Positions 1-13,116 of a DNA stretch of 64,000 nt are shown piece by piece. Source of the DNA: Octopus vulgaris (Eukaryota); contig OX597823.1 in NCBI GenBank assembly GCA_951406725.2, forward strand, positions 35,774,001 to 35,838,000, read 5' to 3'. Each line of letters starts with the position of its first letter. The stretch's first letter is position 1. The notes below the pieces were generated by a model that made no database searches, had not been told where the DNA came from, and was given only the letters and a program-made list of their open reading frames with translations. Made by a program: the position numbers and the translations under genes.

Positions 1-2104
1 GTGCTTGATGATGTCATTAATGTCATTAATGTAAATGATGAAAAGAAGTGGGCCCAGCACAGTGCCTTGCGGAACGCCACTACTGACTTTGGCTGGGCTT
101 GATTTTACCCCTTCAACTACAACATGTTGAGATCTGTCTGTCAGGAAACACTTAATCCATTTCAGTAACTTTCCAGAGACACCAATGTTGGATAGTTTTT
201 TCAATAGGATCTTGTGATCGACCCTGTCGAAGGCCTTACTGAAATCAAGGTAGATGACATCGGTGTTGGAGCCCTCTCCCAAAGCTCTCAAAATGTCCTC
301 AAAGTGATGCAGGAGCTGCGTTAGGCAGTCTCTTCCATTACGGAACCCATGTTGGTTGGAGATCAGCCGTCTGTTGCTTTCCAGAAATTGGGTTATTCGA
401 GATCTCACCACCCTCTCAAATACCTTGATGATATGAGAGGTGAGTGAGATCGGACGGTAATTCACTGCAAGGGACTTGTTTCCCTTTTTGAAAACTGGGA
501 CAACAGACTGGGACAGAAGGTTTTTGGGAATATAGCCAGCATCCAGTGAGTTTCTCCACAGATTAGCAAGGGGAGATGCAAGTTGGTGTCGACACACCTT
601 CAGGACACAAGCAGGGAACCTATCGGGGCCTACTGCTGAATTGTGTTTTATTTCGTTTATCGCCGCTAAGACATCAGGGGCACTAAACGTTATGTCCGAT
701 ATAGTGTGTTGGGGGTTGACATCACTGATACAGCCCAGATCGGCCATATCAGGATTGCTGAAAACAGAGCAGTATTGTTTCTGCAGTATCTCGGCCATGG
801 ATTTGGCATTATCTTGGAGAGTGCCAGTTTCGTCAATTAGAGGGCCTACAGTGGAGACAGTGACCCTGCGTTTCCTCGCAAATGAAAAGAACACTTTGGG
901 GTTGAGTTTGATTTTTTCAATGGCCCACTTCTCCTCAGCTGATCTTTGGTTATTGATGAGGGACTTCATGCATTGTTGGAGGTTATATTTTTTGGATTCA
1001 AGCAGTGCGATAGCCGTCGAATGTGTGTGTTGCTGTTGGCAGTACTTTAGTTTGTTAATTTTTTTTGTTTGTTCTTTTTATTTTTCTGATAATGGTTTTT
1101 CTGTTTTGGGGGATTCTGCACTTTTTGTTCACAGGTCTTGGTGGGGAGTGTTTTGCACATATGTCTGTGACGGTGTCTACAAAGATCTGCCAAGATGTTT
1201 TATGGTTGGTGGAGATGTGTGTATGTGTAAAGGACCAGTCAACATTTGATAGCTCGTTCCTGATTGCATCCCAGTTGGCTTTATGGAGATCCATGTTGTC
1301 AAATGGGTGGGCTGGAGGAAGGTCACTAGGATTAGCTTTCGGCTGGTGGAATTTCAAGTTACAGAGAACCATGTCATGGTCTGAAAGAAGGGTTTTTTCC
1401 ACTGTAACGTTATGTATAGTGTTAGTGTGGTTACTAAACACTAGGTCCAAAATGTTCTGATGTCTTGTTGGTGCAAGGACAAGTTGGGACAAGAAAAACT
1501 CATTCGTAAAGTCGAAAAGTGACTCTGCTGCTTCTTTGTCAGCGGTTGAGGCGGGAGTGCTTGGTTTCAAACAGTTTGTAGTCCAGTCAACACAGGGTAG
1601 ATTGAAGTCTCCCATCATGAGTATGTTGCTAGAATGGCACTGTTGAATAAAGCACTTAATGCTGTTGAGGCATTCTTTAAAGCACAGTATGGGTGTTTGG
1701 GGCGGCCTATAGAGCCCAATTACTGTCAGGTCATTGGCTTTGTTGTGCACGGTGACTGATTCACAGTAGCCGTTGGAGAATATACTATTTCCATCTGCCG
1801 TAAATGAATCATGCAGGAAAATAGCAGTTCCACCCTTCCTCCTGCCGATACGATCCGCGCGGATGGTTGTGAAATTCTTCACTCTCACTTCGGCTTCCAA
1901 GTGGGAGTTGTCAAGGTGGGTCTCAGTGAGAATGAAGAAAGGGATGTGGTGTGAATGGTTACCAACCCAGTCTTCAATGAATTGGACCTTCCATTTTTGT
2001 GCATTGATGGAAGGGCTGACACCTTGTGCATTGAGTAGGAATGTGGAGGTTAGTGTAGTGGCTGGTTTTGACTGTTGCAGGGGGCTTGGATTTTTTTGTG
2101 TGTG
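1..2104 (-). pseudogene. LINE ORF2 (APE + reverse transcriptase) with a one-base frameshift in an A-run near 1058-1066
   Basis: The frame is open from 2104 to 1055. The reading continues in another frame (INKLKYCQQQ...NPKVFFSFARK...) to position 1. Confidence 0.88.
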
Positions 2105-2650
2105 TTAGTGGCAGCAATGTGGGGAATTGGTGCACTGGGGTAATAGCATAGGATGGTGTTGAGTGATGGCTAGAATGTTTTTGTGTATCTCTTTTGCCAT
2201 GTTCAACATGGCTAAAAAAGAATTTTCCTGCTTAGGGAGCAGTTTTTGGCTGGAGGTGTGGTTGCACTGTTGGATACGGTTGTAGTTTCCACTTTTGTTG
2301 TTGTTGTTTTTGTGTCTTCCTGAAAAGACTGGACCAGCATTACTGCAGCATGGTGTGTTTCTATTTTTATTGTTATTCAGGTTTGTGTGTTGGCTTGAGG
2401 CTCCGTTTTTGTTTGTGCGTCGGGTCCCTGGAAGATGAGTGAAGGGACAGTCACTCAGTAGACATGTTCTCTCACGTTGGGAATACAGGCAGATTTTGGG
2501 ACTCCGAGTTGTGTGTGTTTTGAATTTCGATTTACTATTTGGTGGTGTTGATGTTATTGTGGGATGCGTGCTTTGGCCTTGGCCGGTAGTGCGTCTAGTG
2601 CCGGGTAGATGCGTGAAGATGCAGTCACTATTTGTGCAGAGTCTCGTGTG
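2105..2650 (-). CDS. LINE ORF1 C-terminal part with CCCH-type zinc fingers
   Basis: Contains CTNSDCIFTHLPGTRR and CLYSQRERTCLLSDCPFTHLPGTRR (C-x8-C-x4-C-x3-H). The track ORF upstream of about 2650 is CA-rich and probably not part of the protein. Confidence 0.7.
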   Translation of the reverse strand, partial: HTRLCTNSDCIFTHLPGTRRTTGQGQSTHPTITSTPPNSKSKFKTHTTRSPKICLYSQRERTCLLSDCPFTHLPGTRRTNKNGASSQHTNLNNNKNRNTPCCSNAGPVFSGRHKNNNNKSGNYNRIQQCNHTSSQKLLPKQENSFLAMLNMAKEIHKNILAITQHHPMLLPQCTNSPHCCH

Positions 2651-3179
2651 TGCTTGTGTTTGTGTGCGTTTGTGTCTGTATATCTGTGTGTGTGCGTGTA
2701 CGTGAGTAGCTTTGTGTGCGTTTCTCTGTATATTAAAATATGTTGTATTAAAATATTGAAGATGGCTTTTTGAAAAATAAATATTTCTTCCATGAATCGC
2801 TATGAATCTGTTAAATTTCAAGCTTTTGCTGCCATTCTCCTATCACATCTGAATGATTATGTCTTCATCACATCTGAATGAAAAGCCAAAGATATTTATA
2901 AAATATAATTCAGCATAAAATGACAGTTATATTTTTTCTCTTTCAGTAGCTCTTCAATAAAACTCCCAAATTTTAGCACCACTCATTTTCTTTCGAACTC
3001 TCTACTCTCAATACCAGTGTGTTCCAAATAAATACTGTAACTTTCTAATATCATTTTCCAAGATCTTCAAAGATAAAACTGTCATAAATGATATTCCTAG
3101 ATTTGCTGACTTTCATCATTTGAGTTTACTTGTAGAAGAGTGTACTTTTAAACAGCGCTACCTTTTTGCACTTTTGTTC

Positions 3180-3433
<254 letters not shown>

Positions 3434-3439
<6 letters not shown>

Positions 3440-3603
3440 CGAAGACAGGTGTATAAACAACAAACACTTGTATTAGTTTAACGCTCGAGAAGATGAAAAA
3501 ATATTTTACGGTTCGGGCCTACCCTCTTCAACAGAAAGGAACACGAGGAAATATACAGAGAGAGAATAAAAAATCTTTTGGAGCTAGCGGTCTATCACGG
3601 CGG

Positions 3604-3606
<3 letters not shown>
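3434..3606 (-). mobile_element. Short PLE-type terminal fragment with a degenerate hammerhead, between (TA)n tracts
   Basis: The minus strand at about 3505-3535 reads CTGTTGA-agagggtaggccc-GAACCGTA, a mutated CTGANGA...GAAACGTH motif. Confidence 0.45.
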
Positions 3607-3643
<37 letters not shown>

Positions 3644-3779
3644 AGAGTTATTCGTATCTAGAAGACCCAAAAAGTGGCAGATATCTCTAAGTAAGTGCTG
3701 TGGACAGACCGTAGTTAAGCTCTTGGTTCGGTAGTGATACGTGTGAGGAGTCTAATGTGGGTCTTGTATTACCATTTAT

Positions 3780-4300
3780 TCGGAACATGTACTAAATGTC
3801 ATAAAATTCACGATTGAATAAATGTCAAGGTGAAGAAAGTGAACGCCCAAGAAAATTCTGAAGGCACAATTCCATTTTTCGTACAAGAATGATTTATTTT
3901 ACAATTTTCAAACGAACGCTGAATCAAGTATATAGAAAGGAAAATGCTGTTGTTATGGATGTTAATTTAAAGTATTTGCTGAAGGATGTATGTAGCAAGA
4001 TATAAATTAATTTGATATTACTCTATATTTTTCAACAGTTCAACGTTAAAGACTATAGAATAGATATTAACTAACGCAGTAAAATGGTTGTGCGACGTTG
4101 ATAGTGATGAAGAAGCATAGAAGGAATACAAGGACTGTTAAAAAAAGACATTGCTTTGAAAGAGTGTTAGAAAGAGTGGAATAACATTCCTATAATTATA
4201 TTGAAAGAACCGCTGAGGCTTTCTACTTCGCCAAGTTACCGAATTTGTTATAATAACCAGAATAATATTTTCTTTTCAAATATATTTGCAAGTATTGTGA
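3780..4300 (+). mobile_element. Highly decayed Tc1/mariner transposase remnant
   Basis: Scattered residues only: ERPRK (GRPRK-like), IFQQFN (FQQDN-like) and a C-terminal EWNNIP. Many stops. Confidence 0.35.
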
Positions 4301-4845
4301 GTGGTGTTAAATAAGCCAAATTTTCATGTTGGTAGTCCTCGAAAGTGAAAGTTGCTGTTCGATTAAAGTCGAGGCCGTAAGTAAACTTTCAATATCGGCG
4401 CGTTTCACTGTTGGTGGGGGAAGTTATATATATAAACTAAGACACACACACATACGTTAACGTAGACCTGAAGCCCATCTTTGTCGCTTTGTGTGTGTAT
4501 CTGTCTTTAGATGTGTGTGCGTGTATCAGTCGTCACAAAAATGCTTATATACTGACAGACACATATACTGTCAAACACATATACTTGTCAGTCATCGGCT
4601 TAACGTAGGTAACGAACGCACGAACACACTCATATAGAAAATGTGACGTTATTGCCATTGTGGTGGTGATATAAAATGTCGTTTACGAAAGGTTACTAAA
4701 AGAAAAATGATAATGTTAAACTTTTGTAATGCAAATATTTGAATGAAAATATAGTTTAGTTGGTAGCCAAAAGTTTACTGTACCTTTTGACACCCCATAC
4801 GCCAAAATCAGCAACTCGGTTTTGGAATGCATAAGGATCATACAC

Positions 4846-4890
<45 letters not shown>

Positions 4891-5439
4891 AACTCTCTTT
4901 TATATATATATATACACGGGTATGTGAGAACATATTTATATTTACACATGCATGTACTTATTATTAATATCTTGCTTGTGTCACGAATATTTATATTTAT
5001 GTGTGTGTGCGTGCGTGCATGCATGTATGTATGTATGTATTCCTGAATTCGCGTATTTATGCGTTTACATGCGTAGACTAACGTCTCTATATGTGAATAT
5101 GTGCGCTTCAGTGTGTGTATGCGTGTGTATTGGTTAGTGTGTAGGTAGCAAGACAGATATATAACGATTGCTAAAGTATCGGTGAATTGAATCTATTTTT
5201 AATACTGTTGCCAATAAATCATGTTTTCCACAAAATATATGCTAACTCATATTTGATTATTGTCTTGAAACATTATCCTATTTTCTGCAATGCCAAGGAG
5301 ATAAACAAGACTTATACCACGGAGTTAAACTGACATTTTGTTTGAGGAAGTTCTCTACTTTTACCAATGTATACAGTATTAGCTAAATTATTCTAATTAT
5401 GCTTTCGTGTAAGGAACCTAAGTTCCCTCGCTAGAATTC

Positions 5440-6100
5440 AAATAAGAGGAAAGTTTTACATGTTTTTACTACTCCATAATAGATAGTATTTTATTTGTAA
5501 AGTTCGTTTTAAGCCTTTTGTTTCATTGTTTTGTAAAACCCTTAATCTTTCTAGATCGTCGACATTTGCTAAGATAGTAGCATCAATAATTATTGGCATA
5601 AATATGAATTTACAATCTAGGTAGATAAATTGTACATTCTGAAGGTCCAACAGTGTTCTCTTTCTCACTAATTTTGACAGAAATGTTCACATCTGCACAG
5701 CATCGAGTTTCTTTAACTATACGTAATTCTTTCTTTTTTTGTCACAAACGATCATATTAGGCCTTCTACATTTGAATTTTTGACAGAAATATCTCATTAA
5801 TATTCCTTATATTGAAACATAACATTTTTAATAGTTTTAGCAACAACATCATGCCGCGTTAGAAGTTAATATCTTAATCACATTTTGTGGAAGCCATTGA
5901 TCGACATGTAAATATCGTCCACAAAAATATGACACAATCGTCGTTTTTAGTTGCACTTGAGGTGTTTAGTGGCTTCATTCCATCGTTTCTTTATTAGGTA
6001 TGTTATAGCTGTTTACTGCTCTTGGGTTGCAAAAGCATAATTTTCGAGATGTAATAGTCACGATATGTTATACAAAATTCAAATTTTATATCTCTGAATA
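5440..6100 (-). mobile_element. Decayed R4/Dong-like C-terminus (zinc finger plus restriction-like endonuclease)
   Basis: Minus-strand fragments RHDVVAKTI, RPNMIVCDKK and QNVQFIYLDCKFIFMPIIIDA occur in the order expected for REL-type elements. Confidence 0.55.
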
Positions 6101-6364
6101 GCAGAAGAGTTGTCTATAAATGTTTGTCAATATAGGATTTCATTATATGGTCAGCACTTCTGTGAAACTATTGTAAGATGCTTTAAATACGTAATTCAAA
6201 ACTTTTAAACTGTCATACACATTATATATTTATACTTATACATATTTACACATATTTTTATACATATATATTTTTAATACAACAATTATTTTTCACATGT
6301 GCATATCTTTTTGAGGAGTTTTATAATATTGATTTCCTGATATTAATAATAATATATTATTAAT

Positions 6365-6506
<142 letters not shown>

Positions 6507-7100
6507 GTAAACGAATAGGTACGCTTTGCAATAGTGTGGAGTAAAAAATGCAGCTTTCGAAATTGGTAACCAAGAATCGATATTTTGTTGCGAATTAGGG
6601 TTAACAGACAAGTGTATAAAGAACTTTGCGGTTAAATATTCTTTTTAAGCTCCGCTACGCAATTGAACATTTTAAAAATCGCTATTTTTGATCGAATTTT
6701 GAATTTCAAGGGTTGTAAGAAGTGACGAATACAAATTTCTAGATAACAGCATGCGAAACAGTAAATATAGTATCCTTAAGAGGTGGCATACGCCGTTTCA
6801 ATACAATTGACTAATATCTTGAAGTTCCGCATTAGATATAAAGAGAATGGGGTGGGAACTTCTCTCCAGTGCCGCTGCAACAGTCGTTGCGTGTGGACGT
6901 ACGTCGTACGTGTGTGAAGTTTTCTGCTTTGTACCTTGACTTTAGGCAATTGTATTAAAATTAATGATCGTGTTAAATTTAGTGTTGTTTACGTTTAACG
7001 CGTCATGATATTGAATGCCCAATATTTGTTACAAGAACGTACTAAAACGTGTTTTATTTGAACGAGAAAAAGAAAAGAATGTAGTTAAGAAAGATCCTTC

Positions 7101-7630
7101 AATTAAACAAATTGTCAAGATTTTAGCAGAAACGTAATTCTTCTTTAGCAAAAGGCATCCATCCCTTGTGTTACGATTGAGTCAGTTAAACGGAAAATCT
7201 CAAACTTTTATCTAAAGTACCAAGCATTACTAAAATCTATGAAAAATAGAAAAAACGTTCTATCGTTTCAAACAAAGTGTAATGTGTTTAAAAACAATGC
7301 AACAAAAAATGTATTTGATATTTCCTGTTGCAAGTGCAACTCCTTTAAAAAAACTGCAGTTGTACTAGAGTCAAAAATGTACCACAGAGTGAACAATATC
7401 AGCGGACAAATCGAAAAATGATCATGTGCAGAATAGATCAAGCAGTATCTAAACAGAACATTCAGAGGTTGATTAGAAAGAATCGGCCAGATCACAACGG
7501 CTCTTCTACGTCAGCAAAGAAAAGTTTAAGCTTTTCAGTTTAACTGACTCATTTGTAACACAAGAGATTGATACCTTTTACCAAGGAAGAATTATCTTTT
7601 CTGCAACAATCTTGACAAATTTGTTTAATT
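7101..7630. repeat. Inverted repeat pair of about 108 bp (7101-7208 / 7521-7630), MITE-like
   Basis: aattaaacaaattgtcaagatt...gagtcagttaaac...aaacttt is the reverse complement of aaagttt...gtttaactgactc...aatcttgacaaatttgtttaatt, with scattered mismatches. Confidence 0.8.
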
Positions 7631-8056
7631 TATTTTAATGTGTGTGTAATCTGGACTTCATATAACACATATTTTCGGTGACATAGTATTAAAAATAATA
7701 AAGAAAACAAAGTGGAAAAGTCTATTTATTTCGCATACTTTTGAAATTTCAAGTGCTTTGCGTAGTCTGAAGAAATAAACTTCAGATCTTGAGATTTTAA
7801 CACTCTTATTTGCAAAGAATTTTGCAAGAGACAATCAATCCGTAACAATGAATATAAGAAATAAAATGAGGAACGACAAATTGATTTTTCGCTCATTATT
7901 CAAAATTTCAAGTGGGCGTCTGAGCTTGAAGATGTAAATTTAAGAACTTCATATTTTAGCACAGTTGTTTTTAAAGGATTTCGCAATAAAAGTTATATAT
8001 TCTTGAAAACATATTTCGAAAATCTGTGTAAAAAGTACATTTTTCGCTCCACCAAA

Positions 8057-8084
8057 TGTCCATTGTCAATTTCATTTTATGAAT

Positions 8085-8173
<89 letters not shown>

Positions 8174-9099
8174 GGGGGGCGTGCGTGCGTAAATAGGTAT
8201 TTACTGCCTAAGCTGAATTGTGTCTGCGTAAGTGTATATGCACGTAAGTAACGTGTTATCAAATCAAATCAATTTGTTTATATATATGTTAGTATGCAAT
8301 TTTTGAAAGTCAGTCATTATTATTATATGAAACAGTAATATAATTAGTAAAGTAATCATATTTATACTTTGGTGTACGTAATTGTTAGAAAAGATAACTA
8401 AAATATAAATAAAATAAACATAAAAATATAATAAAATAAAATAAAAATGAATTAATAAAAAGGTTAATCATTATATTGTATTAAATAAATGAACTTTTTA
8501 ATAATTATATTCATATGCGTATATTGATCTAAGAAACAGTTAACTTTTATAGATATTGATTCGTAATATATTCTACATACCATTATATATTTATTTGTGT
8601 GTGAGAGAGAATACATATATATATACGTGCTTACGTTACACGCATTTGAGATTAAGTGTTTCATGTCATTAAAATTAGTGTTTTCGATAGATTTACAATA
8701 TTGCCATTTAAATGGCAATAATGCAAGTCTGTCGATAACACTAATTTTGATGACGTAATGTACTTAATATACATACGTACTAATCTCAAATACGTATAAT
8801 GTAAGCACGTATATATACATGTATTCTCCTCTCTCACATATACAAATAAATATATAATGGTATAATGGTATATAATTGTTTTCACATAATTTCATACATC
8901 AGAATAGAAATATAATTACTTTACTAATTATATTACTGTTTCATATAATAATAATTATGATTGACTTTTATGATTGACTTTTTCAAGAATTGTATACAAA
9001 CATATATTTAACAAACTGATTTGACTTGATAACACTTACCAACATGCATACACACTTACACACACATAAATCAACTTAGGCAATAAACATTTATCTACG

Positions 9100-9156
<57 letters not shown>

Positions 9157-9186
9157 ATACATAAACTGAAATAGACAGTGGACATT
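8057..9186. repeat. Imperfect palindrome of about 1.1 kb, centred at 8709/8710 with no spacer
   Basis: The centre is attgccattt|aaatggcaat. The arms match outward, including (TG)n against (CA)n. The left arm carries about 200 extra bases at roughly 8365-8570. Confidence 0.88.
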
Positions 9187-9545
9187 CATACCTGTAAACG
9201 CATATATAAATATATAAAAATTAGATAATCTTTTAGTTACAGGCATTTTTACTTACGTACACATAAATCTACTTAGGCGGTATCTATATACGCACACACA
9301 CACATACACATACACGCATACACATGCACATTCATGCGTAAACTGAAATAAACGGTGAAAATTCATACTTATAAACGCATATATAAATAAACTGATTTGA
9401 TTCGATAACCTCATACTAACACACATACAAACATACGCATAAATAAATTAACTTAGGCAGTAAGCATCCGTATATACACAAAAGCGCACACACATACACA
9501 CGTGAACATACACTCACACACAAACTAAAATGGACTATAGACTTC
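9010..9545 (+). repeat. Three diverged tandem units of about 175 bp
   Basis: Recurring acttaggc...(CA)n...aaactgaaata(g/a)ac.gtg motif. Confidence 0.7.
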
Positions 9546-9654
9546 CATGTTTTGTAAAAAATGTATCTTATTTATTATTATCAATGTATTATTATTTCAT
9601 TATTCATTATTGATCCTTATTTTCATCCTTTATTTTTATTTTTATTCTCATTTG

Positions 9655-9697
<43 letters not shown>

Positions 9698-10649
9698 ATT
9701 TAAATGAATATTAATGCACATGCACTCATACACACACACACATAATAAACACGCTTTCGTCTACTTAATCTGTTGGAGCATCTCAACGGATCAATATGTA
9801 GACTCTGTAATATCCTTATCCTTTGCCCTGAAGATATTTCATTCATGATCTTCAAAAAGCAAAGTTCTATTATTATATATGTTTTGTAATTTGTATTGGG
9901 TGTGAATTAAAATAACTGTAGGCGATTTTAAATAATTAATTTATCTATTTATCTCCATTAAATCTCTCCATTTCATTACTTGATATATATCTCCATTTTC
10001 TTACTTGATATATATATCTCCCTTGTACCTTTCTCTATGTCCCTTTGATTTCCTCTCTTTTTCGTTCTTCCCCTAATTTTACAATCTCTCTGCCTTCTAT
10101 CTCTCTCGTTTCCTTCTGCATGACCGGTGTTTGACTAAGCATGACCTTTCTTTCTTGGCTCGACTTCCGGCCGCGAAGCATCTCCTATATTCCTGTATCC
10201 TGACTTCTATCTCTGATATTCATCTCTTCTGATCCTGTCTCAAGGCTTTCACTCTACACATGCCACCCCAACTTGATTCGTTTTTATTGGTCGAAAGACG
10301 CCTGTTGTTATTTTCTTGTTTATATTTGTAATTGTGTAGCATTTTCTCCGGTTTTTTTGTCTTTGTTATTGTACACATTCGCTTGCTTTCTCCAAAAGAA
10401 AATGTTCTTAGCTTACATTTTTGGCCCAGCCAGATTTGAACCGTCTCAAGTGTAATCAGCAGAAACTGTAAGAATGATCTGGAAACTTGACTGATATGAG
10501 AAGGCTGCAAATGACCCGCCCTTAATTTTTCTTGTCCGTTTTTTTGTTTTTTGTTTTGTTTTTCCCGCCCGTCTTTGTTTCGTCTATCTGTCCGGATGTT
10601 TTGTTGTCGTTTGTTGCGTTCTTGTTTCATTTTGGGGATTAATATATAT

Positions 10650-12125
10650 ATATATAAAATAATATGTACAATTACTCAATAGTCAAGATAAAACTCTGAG
10701 TGGAAATCCACAACACCATCTCTTCAGTTATCTGGCCATCTGAAAAAACGCTATGAAAAAATACCGTTATATAAAGGGAAATTACTGTGTTATAATTCTG
10801 CTACTTATATAAAATAAGATTAAAATTTCATAGTAAAACACGGCTAGTCATACGCTCACATGTGCGCTCGCGGACCCACGTGCGTACTTATACGTCACTA
10901 TGAAAACGTACACATCTTCACTCGCATTTTTCGCCAAATATATACGCATATATATACAAACTCATACACACACACATACGTACCGTAAAAGTTCATACAT
11001 ACGTCTATATACGCACAAGCACAAGAAAAACCATGGTTAAAGGTAACAGAAAAAAACATAAGGAAGTATACAAAGCATAAAAACCATGTTCATATACGGA
11101 CATGCCCTTATGCACTCATACACACACACGCCCATATATGTACATACCCGCACATATACGAAAAATGAATATACATAAGCCCCACCCCCCCAAAAAAACC
11201 TAAAAAATGGAAAAATACTAAGTAAAAACGTCTATATATATATGCATTCTTATGCCCGCACACACGCACACATCTAAAACTGCCCACTCATACATATTCA
11301 CACACGTGTACAAATAAATTTATATACACGTCTATATAGGCACAGGAAAAAATGCAGGATAGAAAAGTACAGAAAAAAATTAATATGTGTGAAAAAAATA
11401 TGAAATAATAAAAGGTATAATGAGATAAAAAACTTTTTGGGACATAATATAGAAAGCAAGTTCTATCTGTTTTCTTTAGGGGACCAAAAACGTAACAAAA
11501 ATTTCGTCACATGTGGGCATGATCCGAAAAGTTCTGTCCTTGAGTTTAGACATGTAGTAGGGTCTAATCTGCTTTTCCAGATAAGCCATCTCTCCATGTC
11601 GCATAGACCGCACTTTCCGTTGCCGTTGGTGTAGGGCTTACATTTGGCCAAAATCTTCCAATGGATGTTATAATCGACACCTTTATCTTTTAAAGACCAA
11701 ATATGATTAGATAATTTTGTCGCTTTTCTTTTGTTCCAGTGCCTAAAACTCAAGGTGTGGTTATTGAACCTGGCCTGGAAATTACCCTCTGTAAGACCCA
11801 CGTATTTCTTCGTCGAAACGGTGTCTTTAGTGGTTATAGAGTTCACGGTAGCTTCATAGATGATGGTCTCGGACATGCAGGCTCCATTTAGCGGGCACAA
11901 TTTTTTATTCCTGCATGAACAGCTGTTTTCTTGTTGTGGTTTTTGTATGTTATGTGTGATTATATTTTTTTAATTGGTAGTTGAACTAAAACTAATTTTT
12001 AAATTGCGTTTATTGAAGAGTTTCCTATAAGTATGGTTAACTGGAAAATGTCTATCTATCAGTGTTAAGAAATATTTACCTATATTGAAGGTCACCTCGG
12101 GTGAGTAAGGGGGTGTAAACCAGAC
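10650..12125 (-). mobile_element. Penelope-like element, 5'-truncated (GIY-YIG plus long 3' region ending at (TA)n)
   Basis: Reads FTPPYS...NIGKYFL...CSCRNKKLCPLNGAC...IIYEA...YVGLTEGNFQARFNNH...CGLC..E...LNSRTE...CPH. Confidence 0.9.
11463..12120 (-). CDS. PLE C-terminal linker plus GIY-YIG endonuclease (5'-truncated)
   Basis: ORF 11463..11900 extends upstream without ATG. IIY...YVG motif, catalytic R and E, and the CCHH-type residues are present. Confidence 0.85.
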
Positions 12126-12294
12126 GTCAGCGATACATAATCTGACTGTTACCTAACACTTCGTCGAACCTCCACCGTGCGAAACTGATTAGTAACATCG
12201 GCCGTGGATATTTATGTGTGTGTATATGTGTATGTAGGTAAGTATATATATATATATGTATGCGTATACATATAGGTTTGTATGTATATTTATA

Positions 12295-12342
<48 letters not shown>

Positions 12343-13116
12343 TGTATGGATAGATATGTGTGTATTTATATATTTATGTGTACATTGCTATATACGTGTA
12401 TGTATACATATATATGTATATGTGTGTGTGTGTGTGTTTGTGTGTATTTGTATATATGTGTGTGTATGTAGAGAGTGAGCGAGATTGAGAGAGAGAAAGA
12501 AAGAGAAATGTGTGTGTATATACATATTATTTATTATATGTAGAGAAATAAATATGTGAACCAGCATGATCTTCCCAACCTCCCCTTCCAAACCAAAAAT
12601 ACACATACAACACACTTCTATCAACAAACATTTTTATCAAAAGATATTATCTTACACCTAATTAACACCACCACCCCAGATGCATACCTAAAACATATAG
12701 ATTGATTAAAAGAAAAAATTTGGAAAAACATCTAGTCATCAGATTTCTGACGAAAGGGCAACTATTCAAATGGCTTCACAAAACACTTCTTTAACACTCC
12801 ACCACCTCCCAACTCCACCCCAATCAATTATCTTGTGTTGATCATTTACCACTTTCTTTCAGCTATCATTCATCAACAGTTTTTCACTCCCACACTGATT
12901 AACGAACCTCAACCCAATGCCAAACACACCCAAATCTCATATATAGACTCACAAACCCCCAAATCCTCAGATCTGTTTGACAACGAATGCGAGGAAGTTT
13001 TCCAATGAAGTTAACAAGAAACTCATTTTAAAAATTTCTCCACACCCCAGTTAACGAAAAACTTACTAGATCTATGAACTAAAATTCATATTATCAAAAA
13101 ATAATGAAATAATATA

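Larger units (their letters stand above)
1..2650 (-). mobile_element. CR1-clade LINE, 5' part (ORF1 end, APE endonuclease, RT); runs off the left window edge
   Basis: Minus-strand translation gives APE motifs (LLNAQG, ILTETHL, GLYRPP, MGDFNLP, NILDLVF, SDH). It then gives RT motifs (GPDRFP, NYRPISLTS, NQHGFR, YLDFSKAFDRV, GVPQGTVLGPLLFIIYIND). Confidence 0.93.

Noticed and set aside
641-1460. Plus-strand ORFs of 202 and 131 aa
   Set aside because: Antisense shadows of the CR1 ORF2.
4430-4915. Non-autonomous Helitron-like element on the minus strand
   Set aside because: The start (TA run, aaaagagagtttg, (TG)n) is suggestive, but no clear 3' hairpin or CTAG end was found.
10404-10476. GAAACtGTAagaat as a hammerhead 3' half
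   Set aside because: No recognisable CTGANGA upstream; too weak to call.
12746-12772. CTGACGA motif
   Set aside because: No correctly placed GAAA or pairing stems.
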